Positions 10,427 to 21,482 of a stretch of DNA of 64,000 bases are shown piece by piece. This DNA is from an uncultured Planctomycetota bacterium (GTDB lineage Bacteria; Planctomycetota; Planctomycetia; Gemmatales; Gemmataceae): NCBI GenBank assembly GCA_963849325.1, contig CAWKHF010000001.1:160001-224000 (forward strand). Direction: 5' to 3'. The position numbers and the translations under genes were made by a program. Numbering within the stretch: the stretch's first letter is position 1; the number at the start of each line of letters is the position of its first letter. The notes beneath the pieces were generated by a model, which did not search any database, was not told the DNA's origin, and was given only the letters and a program-made list of their open reading frames with translations.

Positions 10427-13400
10427 ATGAACGAGGAAAGTTTATTCCATCGCGCTCGGGAGAAGAGCGATCCCGCCGAACGGGCCGCCTTCCTGAAGCA
10501 AGCCTGCGGCGGCGATGAGACGCTGCGACAACGTATCGAGGCGCTGCTCCATTCGCACGAGCAAGGCCCCAGCACTCTGAGCCAAACAATCGCCGATCCC
10601 AACGCTGCCGGCCCTATTACGCCCGAACAAGGGCACCCTCGCAACGAGCTGCCCGAAGTACCGTTGGACGACGCCGGCCGCCGCATCGGGCCGTACAAGC
10701 TGCGGCAACAGATCGGCGAGGGCGGCATGGGCGCCGTCTTCCTGGCCGAACAACAAGAACCGGTTCGCCGCATGGTCGCCCTCAAGGTCATCAAGGCCGG
10801 CATGGATTCGGCCCAGGTCATCGCTCGTTTCGAGGCCGAACGGCAAGCCCTGGCGTTGATGGATCATCCCAACATTGCCAAGGTGCTCGATGCCAACAAG
10901 ACGCCCAGCGGCCATCCCTACTTCGTCATGGAACTGGTCCAGGGTCTCCCCATCACTCGCTACTGCGACGAACAGCGTCTTTCGCCGCGGCAGCGGCTGG
11001 AGTTGTTGGTGCCGGTCTGCCAAGCCATCCAGCACGCTCATCAGAAGGGCATCATCCACCGCGATATCAAGCCGTCCAACGTCCTCGTCGCTACCTACGA
11101 TGGCAAGCCGGCACCCAAGGTCATTGATTTCGGTGTGGCCAAGGCGATGGGCGGCAAGCTGACGGAGCAGACGCTCTTCACCGGCCTGGGCGCCCTGGTC
11201 GGCACCCTGGAATACATGTCTCCAGAGCAAGCCGAACTCAATGCCCTGGACATCGACACGCGCAGCGACATCTACTCGCTGGGCGTGCTGCTGTACGAGC
11301 TGCTGACGGCCACGACGCCGCTGACGCGGCAGCGACTCAAAGATGTGGCCATCGTGGAAGTGCTGCGACGGATCCGCGAGGAGGAGCCACCCCGACCCAG
11401 CACACGCTTGTTGAGTTCCCCGGATTCGTTGGCGTCCGTGGCGGCGAAGCGTCATCTGGAGCCGTCGGCTTTACTCAAGGCGGTGCGGGGCGAGGTGGAC
11501 TGGATCGTCATGAAGGCGTTGGAGAAGGACCGTACACGCCGCTATGAGGCCGCCAACGACCTGGCGCGGGACATCGAACGTTATTTGGCCGAGGAGCCGG
11601 TGGAGGCGGGTCCACCCCGCGCCGCCTATCGCTTGCGCAAGCTGGCGTGGAAGCATCGCCGGGGTTTGGCGACGGCGGGGGCGTTGCTGCTTCTTCTGGT
11701 GACGGCCGTGGTGGTGAGCACGAGCCTAGCGGTGTGGGCGTGGCGCACCGAAGAAAAAGCGTTGACGGATCGCAACCGTGCCTTGAAGGCGGAAGCCGAA
11801 GCGAAGCAGTCGGAGGAAGACGCCAAGTCGGTGCTGGGCTTTTTCCAGGACAAGGTGTTGAGTGCGGGTCGCCCCCAGGGGCAGGAAGGCGGCCTGGGCA
11901 ATCAGGTGTCCTTGCGGCAAGCGGTGGACGCGGCCGAGCCGGAGATTGCCCAAGTCCTTTGCGGATCGGCCGTTGGTCGAGGCGTCGATCCGCGATTCGC
12001 TGGGGGAGACGTACCGATACCTGGGCGAATATCCCCAGGCGATCCGCCAGCAGGAACGGGCCTTGGCATTGCACGAGTCCCAGCTCGGACCCGACCATCC
12101 CGCCACGCTCCAATCCCGCAATAACCTGGCGCTGGCGTACTGGTCCGTCGGCCGAACCACCGACGCGGTCCGGCTGCACGCCCAAAACCTTCAGCAGTGC
12201 GAGGCCAAGCTCGGACCCGACCACTCCAACACACTCAAATCTCGTAATAACCTGGCGCTGGCGTACCAGTCTCTTGGCCGCACGGCCGAGGCTATCCGCC
12301 TGCACGAGCAGAACCTCCAGCAGTGCGAGGCCAAACTCGGACCGGACGACTCCGACACGCTCCAGTCCCGCCACAATCTGGCCACTGCGTACTGCTCCGC
12401 TGGCCGGATCGCCGACGCCATCCGTCTGCACGAGCACAATCTCCAGCAGAGGGAAGCCACGCTTGGACCCGACCACCCGGACACCCTCAAATCCCGCAAC
12501 AACCTGGCCGTGGCTTACGCGTCCGCCGGACGCACCGCCGACGCGATTCGCCTGCACGAGCAGACCCTCCAGCAGAGAGAGGCCAAGCTCGGAGTCAACC
12601 ACCCCGACACGCTTCTCTCTCGCAACAACCTGGCCCAGGTATACTTATTTGCCGGCCGCGCCGACGAGGCCATCCGTCTACGCGAGCAGCTCCTTCAACA
12701 CTACGAGTCCACGCTCGGACCCAATCACAACACCACACGCCGGACTCGCGACGCCGTGGCCTCCGCGCGGCAGATGAAACGAATCGCCGATCGTTATCGG
12801 CAAGCGCGGGAGTCGAAAGGAGAGCACAACACCGATACACTCCGCGTTCTTTGTGAGCTTGCCGATAGCTTCGCGGCGCGGGGCAACCATGCCCGGGCCG
12901 AACGGCTGTTTCAGCAGGTGCTGGCCGGCTGCGAAGGCCGGGCCAGGAACGACCCCCTCGTGTTATGGGCCGAGGACCGTTTGGTGGAAGCTTACCTCGC
13001 TCAGAACCAGCGAGAAAAAGCACGTCCGCTGCTGGCGGATCGATGCCGGCGCGGCGAAGGCAACGAGGACAACCTTGAGGTGGCCTTATCGTTAGTCCGT
13101 CTGAGCCGGACTTTGCTCGACAAGAAAATGTATGCCGAGGCGGAGCCGCTGTTGCGGGAAGGTCTGCAAATCCGTGAAGCCAAGGAGCCCGATGCCTGGA
13201 CGACTTTCAACGCCCGCTCCTTGCTCGGTAAAGCGCTCTGGGGCCAGAAGCAATACGCCAACGCCGAGCCGCTGTTGCTGCAAGGCTACCAGGGGATGAA
13301 AGAACGCGAGTCGAAGATTCCGGCGCAGGCTCGGTCTCGCGTGATCGAGGCGGGAAAGTCGCCTCGTGCAGCTGTATGACGCCTGGGGCCAGAAGGACAA

Positions 13401-13461
13401 GTCCGACCAATGGCGTCGGGAACTCGACGAGGCGGCCAAGCAGAGCAAAGAGAGAAGATGA
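10427..13461 (+). CDS. Ser/Thr protein kinase with tandem 42-aa TPR repeats; frameshifts near 11955 and 13360
   Basis: GEGGMG, HRDIKPSN, DFG and GTLEYMSPE motifs; repeated LGPDHPxTLxSRNNLAxAY units. The C-terminus LVQLYDAWGQKD ends at TGA 13461. Confidence 0.9.
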
Positions 13462-13536
13462 ATCAACGGACCAAGGGAGTGGAAAACACGCTCTCTTCGC
13501 GTTCGCGGACCACCCCGCCGAGTTTCTCCTCGCCGT

Positions 13537-14379
13537 TCAGCGCAAGCGCGCTGCCAGCGCCGCCGTCAGCCGAGGATTCGAGAGCAATTCCGCCAGCGCG
13601 TGCTCGACGGTGTGCTCCAGCACCGCCACGGAACTCACGTCGCCGACGATCCGATCCGCTGTCTTCTCCAGCTCGCCCTGTTGTTTCTTGAACTCCGCCG
13701 CGCTCAGGCCGCGCGCCTGGCTCAACAGCGCCGCCGCCCGAGCGCGGATGCGGCCCGATCGATCCGCGTCCACGCCGGCGACCAGCCAACCGACCTCCTC
13801 GGCGATCTCGTCGCGCTTCTCCTCCCACTCCTTGTCCTTCAGTCCGCGCACCTTCTCGATGGACTCGTATAAGCGCTCGCGCGGATCGGCGACCTCGTCT
13901 TCCACGTAGCCGAAATAGTACGCCAGCTGCGACGGCTTCAGCTTCCGCAGCACTTCCGGCGCATGCCGGCGGGCCGCCGCTGTCAACTCGATGTCATTGT
14001 CCAGAGTGGGCTTTTCGGTTTCGGTCAACTCGTCCAGCTTTTCTTCCAGGTTGTCGATGCCCTCGTCGTCGTTGGCGTCGAGGAGGGCGTTGCGCAGGTC
14101 ATCGAGCAATTGCCGGTAGTCCTCGCTGACCTCGCCGGGCTTGCGCGGATGGTCCCGCTGCGCCGTCTGAGGCGCCAGCCGGGCCAGGAACTGCATCTGC
14201 TCGATCGTGAAGCGGAGGTGATAGAGCGTTTGCAGCGCTTGCACTTCCAGCTGGAGGTTGCTGGCCGACGTTTGCTCCGGCCTGGACTCCGTGGGCTTCT
14301 CGGCCGCGACGCTCGTCATCTCGGTGCGGACGAGCAGGCTCGCCGCCAGGGCCACAAACGCGAAAGAGTAACGCGGCAT
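13537..14379 (-). CDS. Hypothetical secreted alpha-helical protein
   Basis: Uninterrupted ORF with a signal-peptide-like N-terminus (MPRYSFAFVALAASLL); last gene of the minus-strand run. Confidence 0.7.
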   Translation of the reverse strand: MPRYSFAFVALAASLLVRTEMTSVAAEKPTESRPEQTSASNLQLEVQALQTLYHLRFTIEQMQFLARLAPQTAQRDHPRKPGEVSEDYRQLLDDLRNALLDANDDEGIDNLEEKLDELTETEKPTLDNDIELTAAARRHAPEVLRKLKPSQLAYYFGYVEDEVADPRERLYESIEKVRGLKDKEWEEKRDEIAEEVGWLVAGVDADRSGRIRARAAALLSQARGLSAAEFKKQQGELEKTADRIVGDVSSVAVLEHTVEHALAELLSNPRLTAALAARLR

Positions 14380-14424
14380 CGTTCTTCGACTGGGCATGAT
14401 CGTGCTCCCTGGGCCGACTCGCGG

Positions 14425-16578
14425 TTAGATTCGATCGAGTGAATCAATCCAGCGAACCAGTTCGTGCAACGTGTCGATGCCGAGCCGGCCATCGATGTAC
14501 TGCCGGCCCATGTCCTTGATCTCGCGGAAGAGGACCGGATACTTGTACTCGGTCAGCTTGGCCTTGGTCTCCTTGATGGCGTCCCGCAGCGGATCCTTGT
14601 CGCCGGCGATGAGAAAGAAGCTGAGAGGTTGATTGGCGACCTTCTCGCGCGGTTTGCTGGTCAGCGCCGCTCCGGTGGTGGCGACGCCGCGGAACAGCCC
14701 GCGCGAACGAAAGCCCAGTAAGAACGCCATCTCGCCGCCCTGGTCCATGCCGTGTACGACGAGGCGCTGGCGATCGATGGTGTAGCTGTCGCCGACCGCC
14801 TTGACCGCCTCCTGCACAAATTCGCTCTCGCTCTGCGTCCAGCCGCGCTCGGCCTCGCGCGCGGGCACACGAGGATGATGTGATAGTCCTCGCAGTCATC
14901 CTGCCAGGAGTCGCTGAATTGCTCGAAATCCTTGTCCTTGTTCTTGCCGGCCGGGTGCAGCCAGACGACCACGGCATGGGCGACGTTCTGGTCGTAGTTC
15001 TCCGGGACGTAGATCCAATAGGTGTGGTCCGCCGCGGCGGTGGTGCGCTTGAGCAGACCGACTTCCGGCTTTTTCTCCTCCTTTTTGTCCTCTTTCTTGT
15101 CGTCCTTCTTCGGCGCGGGGGTGCCCGGCTTGACCAGTGCCTTCTTGGCGCTCGATCTCTCGGGCAGCTGGTCCTTGCCCGGCACGGTCTCGGGCACCTC
15201 GGCGAGCTTGATCTTGAGCGTCTCCGTCTTCTTGCCGTCGGCGCGCTTGACCTCGAAGGACAGCTCCAGGCCGGGGATGGCGGCGGCCATCAGAGCCAGG
15301 AGTTGATCGCGGCCCTGGACGGCTTGCAAGGCGTTCCGTCCGGGGGTGGACTCTCGGCCGATCTTCATGATGCGATCGCCGGCCTTGAGTCCGGCCTTGT
15401 CCGCCGGGCTGGCCGGGTAGACGTAACGGACCTCGACGCCCGGCTCGGGGTCGTCGCGGAGAGGGAGGATACCGAGGAACGGCTGGGCGATAAGCGGCGA
15501 CGGCCCCTTCCAGCACGACCTTGTCGAACTTGATCTCTTCCTTGCCGCGCTGGACCTTGAGGGCGATCACGTCGCCCTCGTACTTCGGCCCGAGGCGCTG
15601 CTGGAGCTGGGCCTGGCTGACGATCGGTTTGCCGTCGATGTCCTTGATGGTGTCGCCGGCCTTGAGGCCGCGCTTCTCGGCGGCCGAACCCGGCGACACG
15701 GTGCCGATGGTGGCGGGGGCGTCGTGCGCGTCCTGCGCCTGCTTCAGCGTGATGCCGAGCAACCCGCGCTTCAGCGTCACCGGCGTTTCCTTGGTGCCTT
15801 TGAGCAGACGCGGCAGGACGCGGTTGACGTCTTCGAGCGGAATGGCGAAGCCGATGCCGGAGTCGTACCACTCGAAGCCGGCCGTCTCGCCCTCGGAGCG
15901 CGGCGAAGCCGGCACCAGCACGCCCTGGACGCGGCCATACAGATCAATGAGCGGCCCGCCGTAGTTGGTCGGCGACACCTTGGCGTCGGTCTGGATGGCC
16001 TTGTCCCAGATGCGATGGAGCGCGCTGAGGATGCCGACGCTGACCGACGGCATCTGGTCGGCCGGGCCGGTCAGGGTGCGGCCGACGGCCAGCGCCGTCT
16101 GGCCGATGCGCATCTCCTTCTTGGGCGCCGCGACCGGCACCGGCAGTTTGCCGTTGACGCCGACTAGCTTGAGCAGGGTCAACATGCGCGTCTGGTCGTT
16201 GGCCACGACCTCGGCGACGTAGCGCTCCTTGTGGCCGGGCACCGAGACGTGGATGGCCGCCGGCTTGCTGGCGAAGTTGAAGGCGCTGGAGATGACGTAG
16301 CCGTCGGCGTGGACGATCAGTCCACTGGTCGGCCCGCTGGCGGTGCGGAGCAGGCCGCGCGGCCCCATCTGCACAACCTCGGTGCCGCCGGAGGTCTCGA
16401 TTTGCACCACGCAGGGAGCGACCTTGCGCACGGCCGTCTTGATCGCCTTCTCCTGCAGGTCGTCCAGGTCATCATCCGCCCTTGCGGATGACAAGGTGAC
16501 AAGGTGACAAGGTGACAAGGTGAACACAAGGGCGGCGAGCCATCGCGCAGCCCAGGGAGAGAATATCGTCCTTTGCAT
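14425..16578 (-). CDS. HtrA-like trypsin fold + 2 PDZ + C-terminal alpha/beta-hydrolase-like domain, probably non-catalytic; frameshifts near 15490 and 14865
   Basis: SGLIVHADGYVISSAF and TDAKVSPTNYGGPL (trypsin-like); PGSAAEKRGLKAGD (PDZ); YWIYVPENYD, VVWLHP and HGMDQGG (esterase-like). Confidence 0.8.
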
Positions 16579-16625
16579 GCTGTTGTTCCTCATCTCTTTC
16601 ACCTTGTCACCTTGTCACCTTGTCA
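16489..16625. repeat. Inverted octamer tandem arrays (TGACAAGG)4 ... (CCTTGTCA)3
   Basis: Read directly at 16489-16523 and 16599-16625. Confidence 0.9.
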
Positions 16626-17719
16626 CGGGAACGGGGAGCGGCGGGTTTCTTGGTCCGAGGTTTTTCCAACGTCAGGGTGACGGTTTGCAGTTTGCGGTCA
16701 CGTTGAATCTCCAGGCGGACGGTCTGGTTGGGGTGATAACGACCCAGCACGTCCTTGAAGGTGTGGATGTCGCCGACCGGCAGGCCATCGACGTAGACGA
16801 TCAGGTCGTCGGGCTTGAGCTGGGCCTTGTCGGCGGGCGAGCCGGGAACCACGTCGTCGATGTACGGCGGCGTGCGTTCGACGGGGTTGGCGACGAGAAT
16901 GATGCCGGTGTAGACGCCCGGCCCCTCGTTGCCCTTCTTACCGGGGTCGAGCGGCTTGTACTTCTCCTTCTTCTGAACGATGTCGAGGATGCTGACGGTC
17001 ACGCTCTTGCCGTCGGCCTGCGGGACGGTGATGCGGGCGTTGATCGGCAGAGCGTAGTTGATCCAGGTGTTGGTCAGCTCGTTGCGCAACTCCTTGCCGA
17101 CGAGGCCGAGCAGCTCGCCCTTGCGCGTGGTCGAGGCGCCGCCGGCGGCGCCGGGATTGTTGGTGATGGCATCGACCACGTACACGTCGCCCTTGTACGT
17201 CGCCTCGAAGATGCCGATGCGGCCGTACAGTTTGGAGTAGGAGGCCACGACGCCGCGCTGCACCGACATCGGCTCGTCGCGCGTGGCGATCTGAAACTGA
17301 TTGCTGAAAGCGAGGACGCCGGTGCCCGGCTCGACCGGAGCGCGCTTCGCCGCCTCGAAGACATCGAAGTATTCCTGCCCCTCGACCTTGACCTTGTCGT
17401 CGCCGATCTTGACCAGGGCGACGTCTAGTTCCGGCTCGATGGCCACGACGCGGGCGTGAAAGCGCGTGCCGTCGTACAGGTGGACGCGCAGGTCGCGCGT
17501 GTCGAGGATGTGGCTGTTGACGGTGAGGATGTAGCCGTCCGCCGAGACGAGGATGCCGCTGCCGTAGGAGGCCAGCCCCTTGACGCCGCCCGCGCCGAAG
17601 AGCTTGACCAGCTTGGGATTGACCTTGTCGGAGACCGTGGCGAAGGACTCCTCGGCGTGCGCGGACGAGGCCAACAGGAAGGCCAACGTCAAGGCAGCGA
17701 TATATCGCTTTTGGTTCAT
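16607..17719 (-). CDS. HtrA-like trypsin/PDZ protein with the catalytic Ser replaced
   Basis: Signal peptide; GSGILVSADGYILT, ELDVALVKI and DAITNNPGAAGG; PDZ segment PGSPADKAQLKPDD. Confidence 0.85.
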   Translation of the reverse strand: MNQKRYIAALTLAFLLASSAHAEESFATVSDKVNPKLVKLFGAGGVKGLASYGSGILVSADGYILTVNSHILDTRDLRVHLYDGTRFHARVVAIEPELDVALVKIGDDKVKVEGQEYFDVFEAAKRAPVEPGTGVLAFSNQFQIATRDEPMSVQRGVVASYSKLYGRIGIFEATYKGDVYVVDAITNNPGAAGGASTTRKGELLGLVGKELRNELTNTWINYALPINARITVPQADGKSVTVSILDIVQKKEKYKPLDPGKKGNEGPGVYTGIILVANPVERTPPYIDDVVPGSPADKAQLKPDDLIVYVDGLPVGDIHTFKDVLGRYHPNQTVRLEIQRDRKLQTVTLTLEKPRTKKPAAPRSRDKVTR

Positions 17720-17747
17720 GGGTGATTCTTTCTGACGTGGGTGAAGA

Positions 17748-18014
17748 TCAGGCACCGATACCCTTTTGAAGTAGTTCGAGAACATCCCTATCGTCTTTCT
17801 CAACGCGCACGTCACCGTCTCCAGGCCACACGGAGATGATGGTGTCGCCCCTATCCGATTCAACTCTGAGGGTAACGGGTTCTTTTTCAAACGTATCGCA
17901 CACTATCACTTTTTCGCCGGAGGCCAACGAGAAGTGGGCACACTCCGGCTCGATATTCAGGATGACCGGACCCGACAGGTCGTTTTGGAGAACAAATCGG
18001 CTGTGGTGGGTCAT
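17748..18014 (-). CDS. Small hypothetical protein (88 aa), lower GC than its neighbours
   Basis: RBS GAAGGAG before ATG 18014; open frame with globular, beta-rich composition. Confidence 0.6.
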   Translation of the reverse strand: MTHHSRFVLQNDLSGPVILNIEPECAHFSLASGEKVIVCDTFEKEPVTLRVESDRGDTIISVWPGDGDVRVEKDDRDVLELLQKGIGA

Positions 18015-18029
18015 TGCTTGATCTCCTTC

Positions 18030-18174
18030 AGAGCCTCTCCCAACAAGAGCCTCACGCAAAGGCGCAAAGAACGCAAAGGAAAAGAGAATAAAGATCCAAG
18101 CGACTCGTGCCTATTTTTTGTCTTTCTTTGCGTTCTTTGCGCCTTTGCGTGAGGCTCTTGTTGGGAGAGGCTCT
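18030..18174. repeat. Long perfect inverted repeat (49-bp arms, internal CGCAAAG subrepeats)
   Basis: 18030-18078 is the exact reverse complement of 18126-18174. Confidence 0.92.
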
Positions 18175-18245
18175 AAAGAGTCTGGGGAATTCTCGGTGGA
18201 TTGCCACTTGTGTTCTGCACGAGAATCCCCGAATCACCGACCGCA

Positions 18246-20083
18246 TTATTCCTTCTTCCACGAATTGACGTTGAGGCTGGCGTAGGTCTTGTCGCTGAAG
18301 CGGACCTCGATGCGGTGCGGCAGTTTGCCGCCGTCAACGTCCTTGTAATCGAACAGGTAGACCTCGCACGGATCTTCGTCGCGGTCCAGCCAAACCTCGA
18401 AGCCGAGCAGCTGGCCGGCCGTCTCGTCGTTCTTGGTCGAGAAGTACCACTTGCCATCGACGCCGGCGTGACGCGTGCGGATGACCTCGGCGTCCACGCG
18501 CAGCTTGCTGTAGTCCACCTTGGTCTGGTCGGACTTCGGCGGATAGAACGGCTCGATGCCGCCGTGACTGAAGCCGGTGGCGAAGCCCTTGGCTCCGGAG
18601 ATCAAGAGCTGTCGATACTGATACAAGGCCATGAGCAGTCCGCCGCTGTCGGGCGGATCGCGGCGCGTGACCGGTTTCTCGTCGTCATTGAGCGGTTCCA
18701 GGCTGAAATCGAGCCCATCCACGATGGCCTGGACGAGATCGTTCTGGCCGTCCTTGCGCTCCCCTGGCGTGAATGCTGAAGTCGGCGACGACGCGCTTGC
18801 CGCGCGGGCCGACGCCAGCGTACAGCATGCCGGTGGTGCGGATGCCCCAGTCTGCCGGCGGCCTTGCCGAAGTCGCCGTGCTTGTGGAAGGCGGCCAGCA
18901 GACGCTGCTGCTCCTGCTTGTTGAAGTAGTAGTTGGCGAAGCCGGCCTTGGCCTCGTAGAGCTTGGTCGCCGGCGACTTGATCGGCGGACGATTGGACGG
19001 TTGTCGCGGTCCGGGACGCCCCGGCTGCGGCCCCGGCTGACCGCCGATCTCCTGACGCTGCACGCCCATCAGACGCACCAGCACTTCGCGCGTCTCCCGT
19101 TTCTTCTTGTCGTTCTCGTGCCGGTAGACGATCGGCACGCGCCAGCCCTTGGGGTACAGGCCGAGGACGTTCTTGAACTGGTTGACGGTGAAGACCGGCC
19201 GGCCGGCGAACGACACCAGTTGATCGTCGATGTCCAGGCCGCGCCGCAGGGCGTCGCTGGGGATGATGCGCTTGACGACGACCTTGGCCAGGGCGCCCTC
19301 TTCCGAATCGCTCTCCATCAGGGCGCCGAGCGAGGCGTGATCGGTGTCCATGCCGGCCTTGAGCTGGGCCAGGAAGTTCTTGATCTGGTTGATCGAGATG
19401 GCGTAGCCGACGCCGGAGTTGACGCGGCCGCGCTTCTCGAACGAGCCGCGGCCGTTGATGCCGATCAGCTCGCCGTCCATGTTGAACAGCGGGCCGCCGC
19501 GAGTTGCCGGGGTTGATCGACGTGTCGATCTGGATGCAGTCGGTGTACTCCAGCAGCGTGCCGGCCGGATACTGGTAGCGGTGGACGCCGCTGACCAGGC
19601 CGAACGTCACGGTCGGCGTGAAGTCGGTGGCCAGCAGGAACGGATTGCCCATCGCCAGCGACCAGTCGCCGGCCTGCACCTTGTCGCTGTCGCCCATCTT
19701 GGCGTAGGGGAACTTGTCGCCCGGCTTCTTGGGCAGCAGCTTGATGAGGGCCACGTCGCCGACCTTGTCGAGTCCGACGAGGACGGCGTCGTAGAGGACG
19801 CCGTCGGGCAGGCCGCACTTCATGACCGGGCCGTGGGCGGCCTCGGTGACGTGGAAGTTGGTCAGGGCGTAGCCGTCTTCGCTGATGAGCACGCCGGAGC
19901 CGCCGCCGGTCAGCACGGCGACGACGGCCGGCTGCACCTTCTCGATGACGGCCACCCGCTTGTTCTCCATGTCCACGGACGCGCGGGTCGATGTCGTCGC
20001 CGCGCACGGACAGGACGGCGACGAGCAGGGCCGGCAGCAGTACGGCCAGCAGTCGCCGGCGATTATTGGCGGAGGAGGATCAT
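18246..20083 (-). CDS. HtrA/DegP-like serine protease with intact triad, PDZ and C-terminal extension; several frameshifts
   Basis: GGGSGVLISEDGYALTNFHV (His), GDVALIKL (Asp) and DTSINPGNS-GGPL (Ser). Confidence 0.85.
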
Positions 20084-20107
20084 GGGATCCTTTCAAGCGG
20101 GTCAGTG

Positions 20108-20161
20108 CGTTCAGCCGCGAGTCAGCGGAGTCAGCAATGCGCTGACTCGCGGCTAAACGAA
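20108..20161. repeat. REP-like palindrome related to family C
   Basis: CGTTCAGCCGCGAGTCAGCG ... CGCTGACTCGCGGCTAAACG. Confidence 0.65.
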
Positions 20162-20173
20162 CACCTGACCCTA

Positions 20174-21384
20174 CTACTTCTGCACCTTGGCGTTGACCAG
20201 ATCCAGGTGCTTGCCGTTGTCGAACAGGTCGCCGCTGCGGACGATGAGGCGCAGCTTCTGTACGTCCTTGATGTTCAGGTTGATGACGCCTTCCTTCTTG
20301 TCCTTGGAGTCCCTGCGCGTGAACGTCTTCTTGTAGAGTTCCTTGGTCTCGCCGTCGAGGACGCCCTCGATCACCAGCACGACCGGGCCGCCGACGCCGC
20401 CGACGGATTGATCGATGCCGGCCAGGGCGTGGAACTCGCGGTAATCGCCCTTCAGGTCGTACTCCAACTCGGTGTGCGCGTGCAGGGCCAGGCCGATGGC
20501 GAACGTCTCGTCGTAGATGCGCAGCGGCCCGTTGTCGAGGTTTTTGTCGCGGCGGTAGGTGTCGATGAAGTCGAAGTTGGACGTCTGCACCACCTTCGCC
20601 GGCTCGACGCGCGACAGGAAGGCCACCTTGTCGAGCGTGTAATCGAGGCGCGTTACCATCTCCATCGGGACGTCGATGTGGGCGCCGGCGGGCGTCGTGA
20701 CCGACAGGCCGGTGGGCGTCCGCGTGACGCCGCTGACCATGAGGAGATCGTGATGGATGTCGGACAGTTTGCACAACACCGGCGGCGCCTGCGGATCGAG
20801 TTCGCGCTGGAAGATGAGGCCGTGCAGGTTGGCGAGGAGGAGATCGCGTTTCTTGCCGCTGGCGCGTCTGAAACTCGATGGTCTTGCCGTCCATGTCGGC
20901 GGTGCCGAGCGTGCCTTCCACGGGGTTGACCGTCCCCTCGTTGAGGATGGCGACCACGTCGCGGCGGCGCTTCTTGCCCAGGCGCTCCGTCCAGTCCCTG
21001 ACGATATTTGTCGTTGCCGGCGTTGATGAGGACGTTGGCGACGGCGGACAGCGGCAGCTTGATTTCCTGGCCGGCCAGCGTCTTCAGCTCGACCTGCTTC
21101 TCCTTGATGGACAATTCCTGGCAGTGCAGCAGGGAGCCGTCGATCAGCTCGACATCGGAAAACTGCTCGGGGAGCTTGACCGCGACGACGGCGGGGAAGT
21201 CGATCTTGAGGACCTGGGCCAGCGGCGTGGCGACGCGCATGCCCCCCTGGGCGAGGACGATTTCCTTGTCCGTGATGCTCTCCAGGTCGCCTTTGACGAC
21301 ATCGCCCTTGAGGGTGTGCAGCTCGGCGCACCAGCCGGCCGGGGCGCACAGGAACAGGGCGAAGAGCGCGGCACGGACACGCAT
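20174..21384 (-). CDS. Secreted NPCBM/NEW2-domain protein; frameshifts near 21000 and 20860
   Basis: Signal peptide; C-terminal GLALHAHTELEYDLKGDYREFHALAGID...DVQKLRLIV...HLDLVNAKV is NPCBM-like. Confidence 0.75.
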
Positions 21385-21408
21385 GGACAACCTCACGAGG
21401 GAGCCAGT

Positions 21409-21467
21409 GGGGGATGACGAAGGGGAATGAGGAAGGGGCTGCGTTCCTCCCCATTCCCCATTCCCCC
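21409..21467. repeat. Degenerate inverted heptamer arrays (GGGGAAT / ATTCCCC)
   Basis: Intergenic AGGGGAATGAGGAAGGGG followed by CCCCATTCCCCATTCCCC. Confidence 0.5.
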
Positions 21468-21482
21468 TTGGGAGAGAGAGAC

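Noticed and set aside
12000-12750. Regular ~126-bp repeats that could suggest a CRISPR-like or other DNA array
   Set aside because: They are in-frame 42-aa TPR coding repeats with synonymous variation; no spacers and no cas genes.
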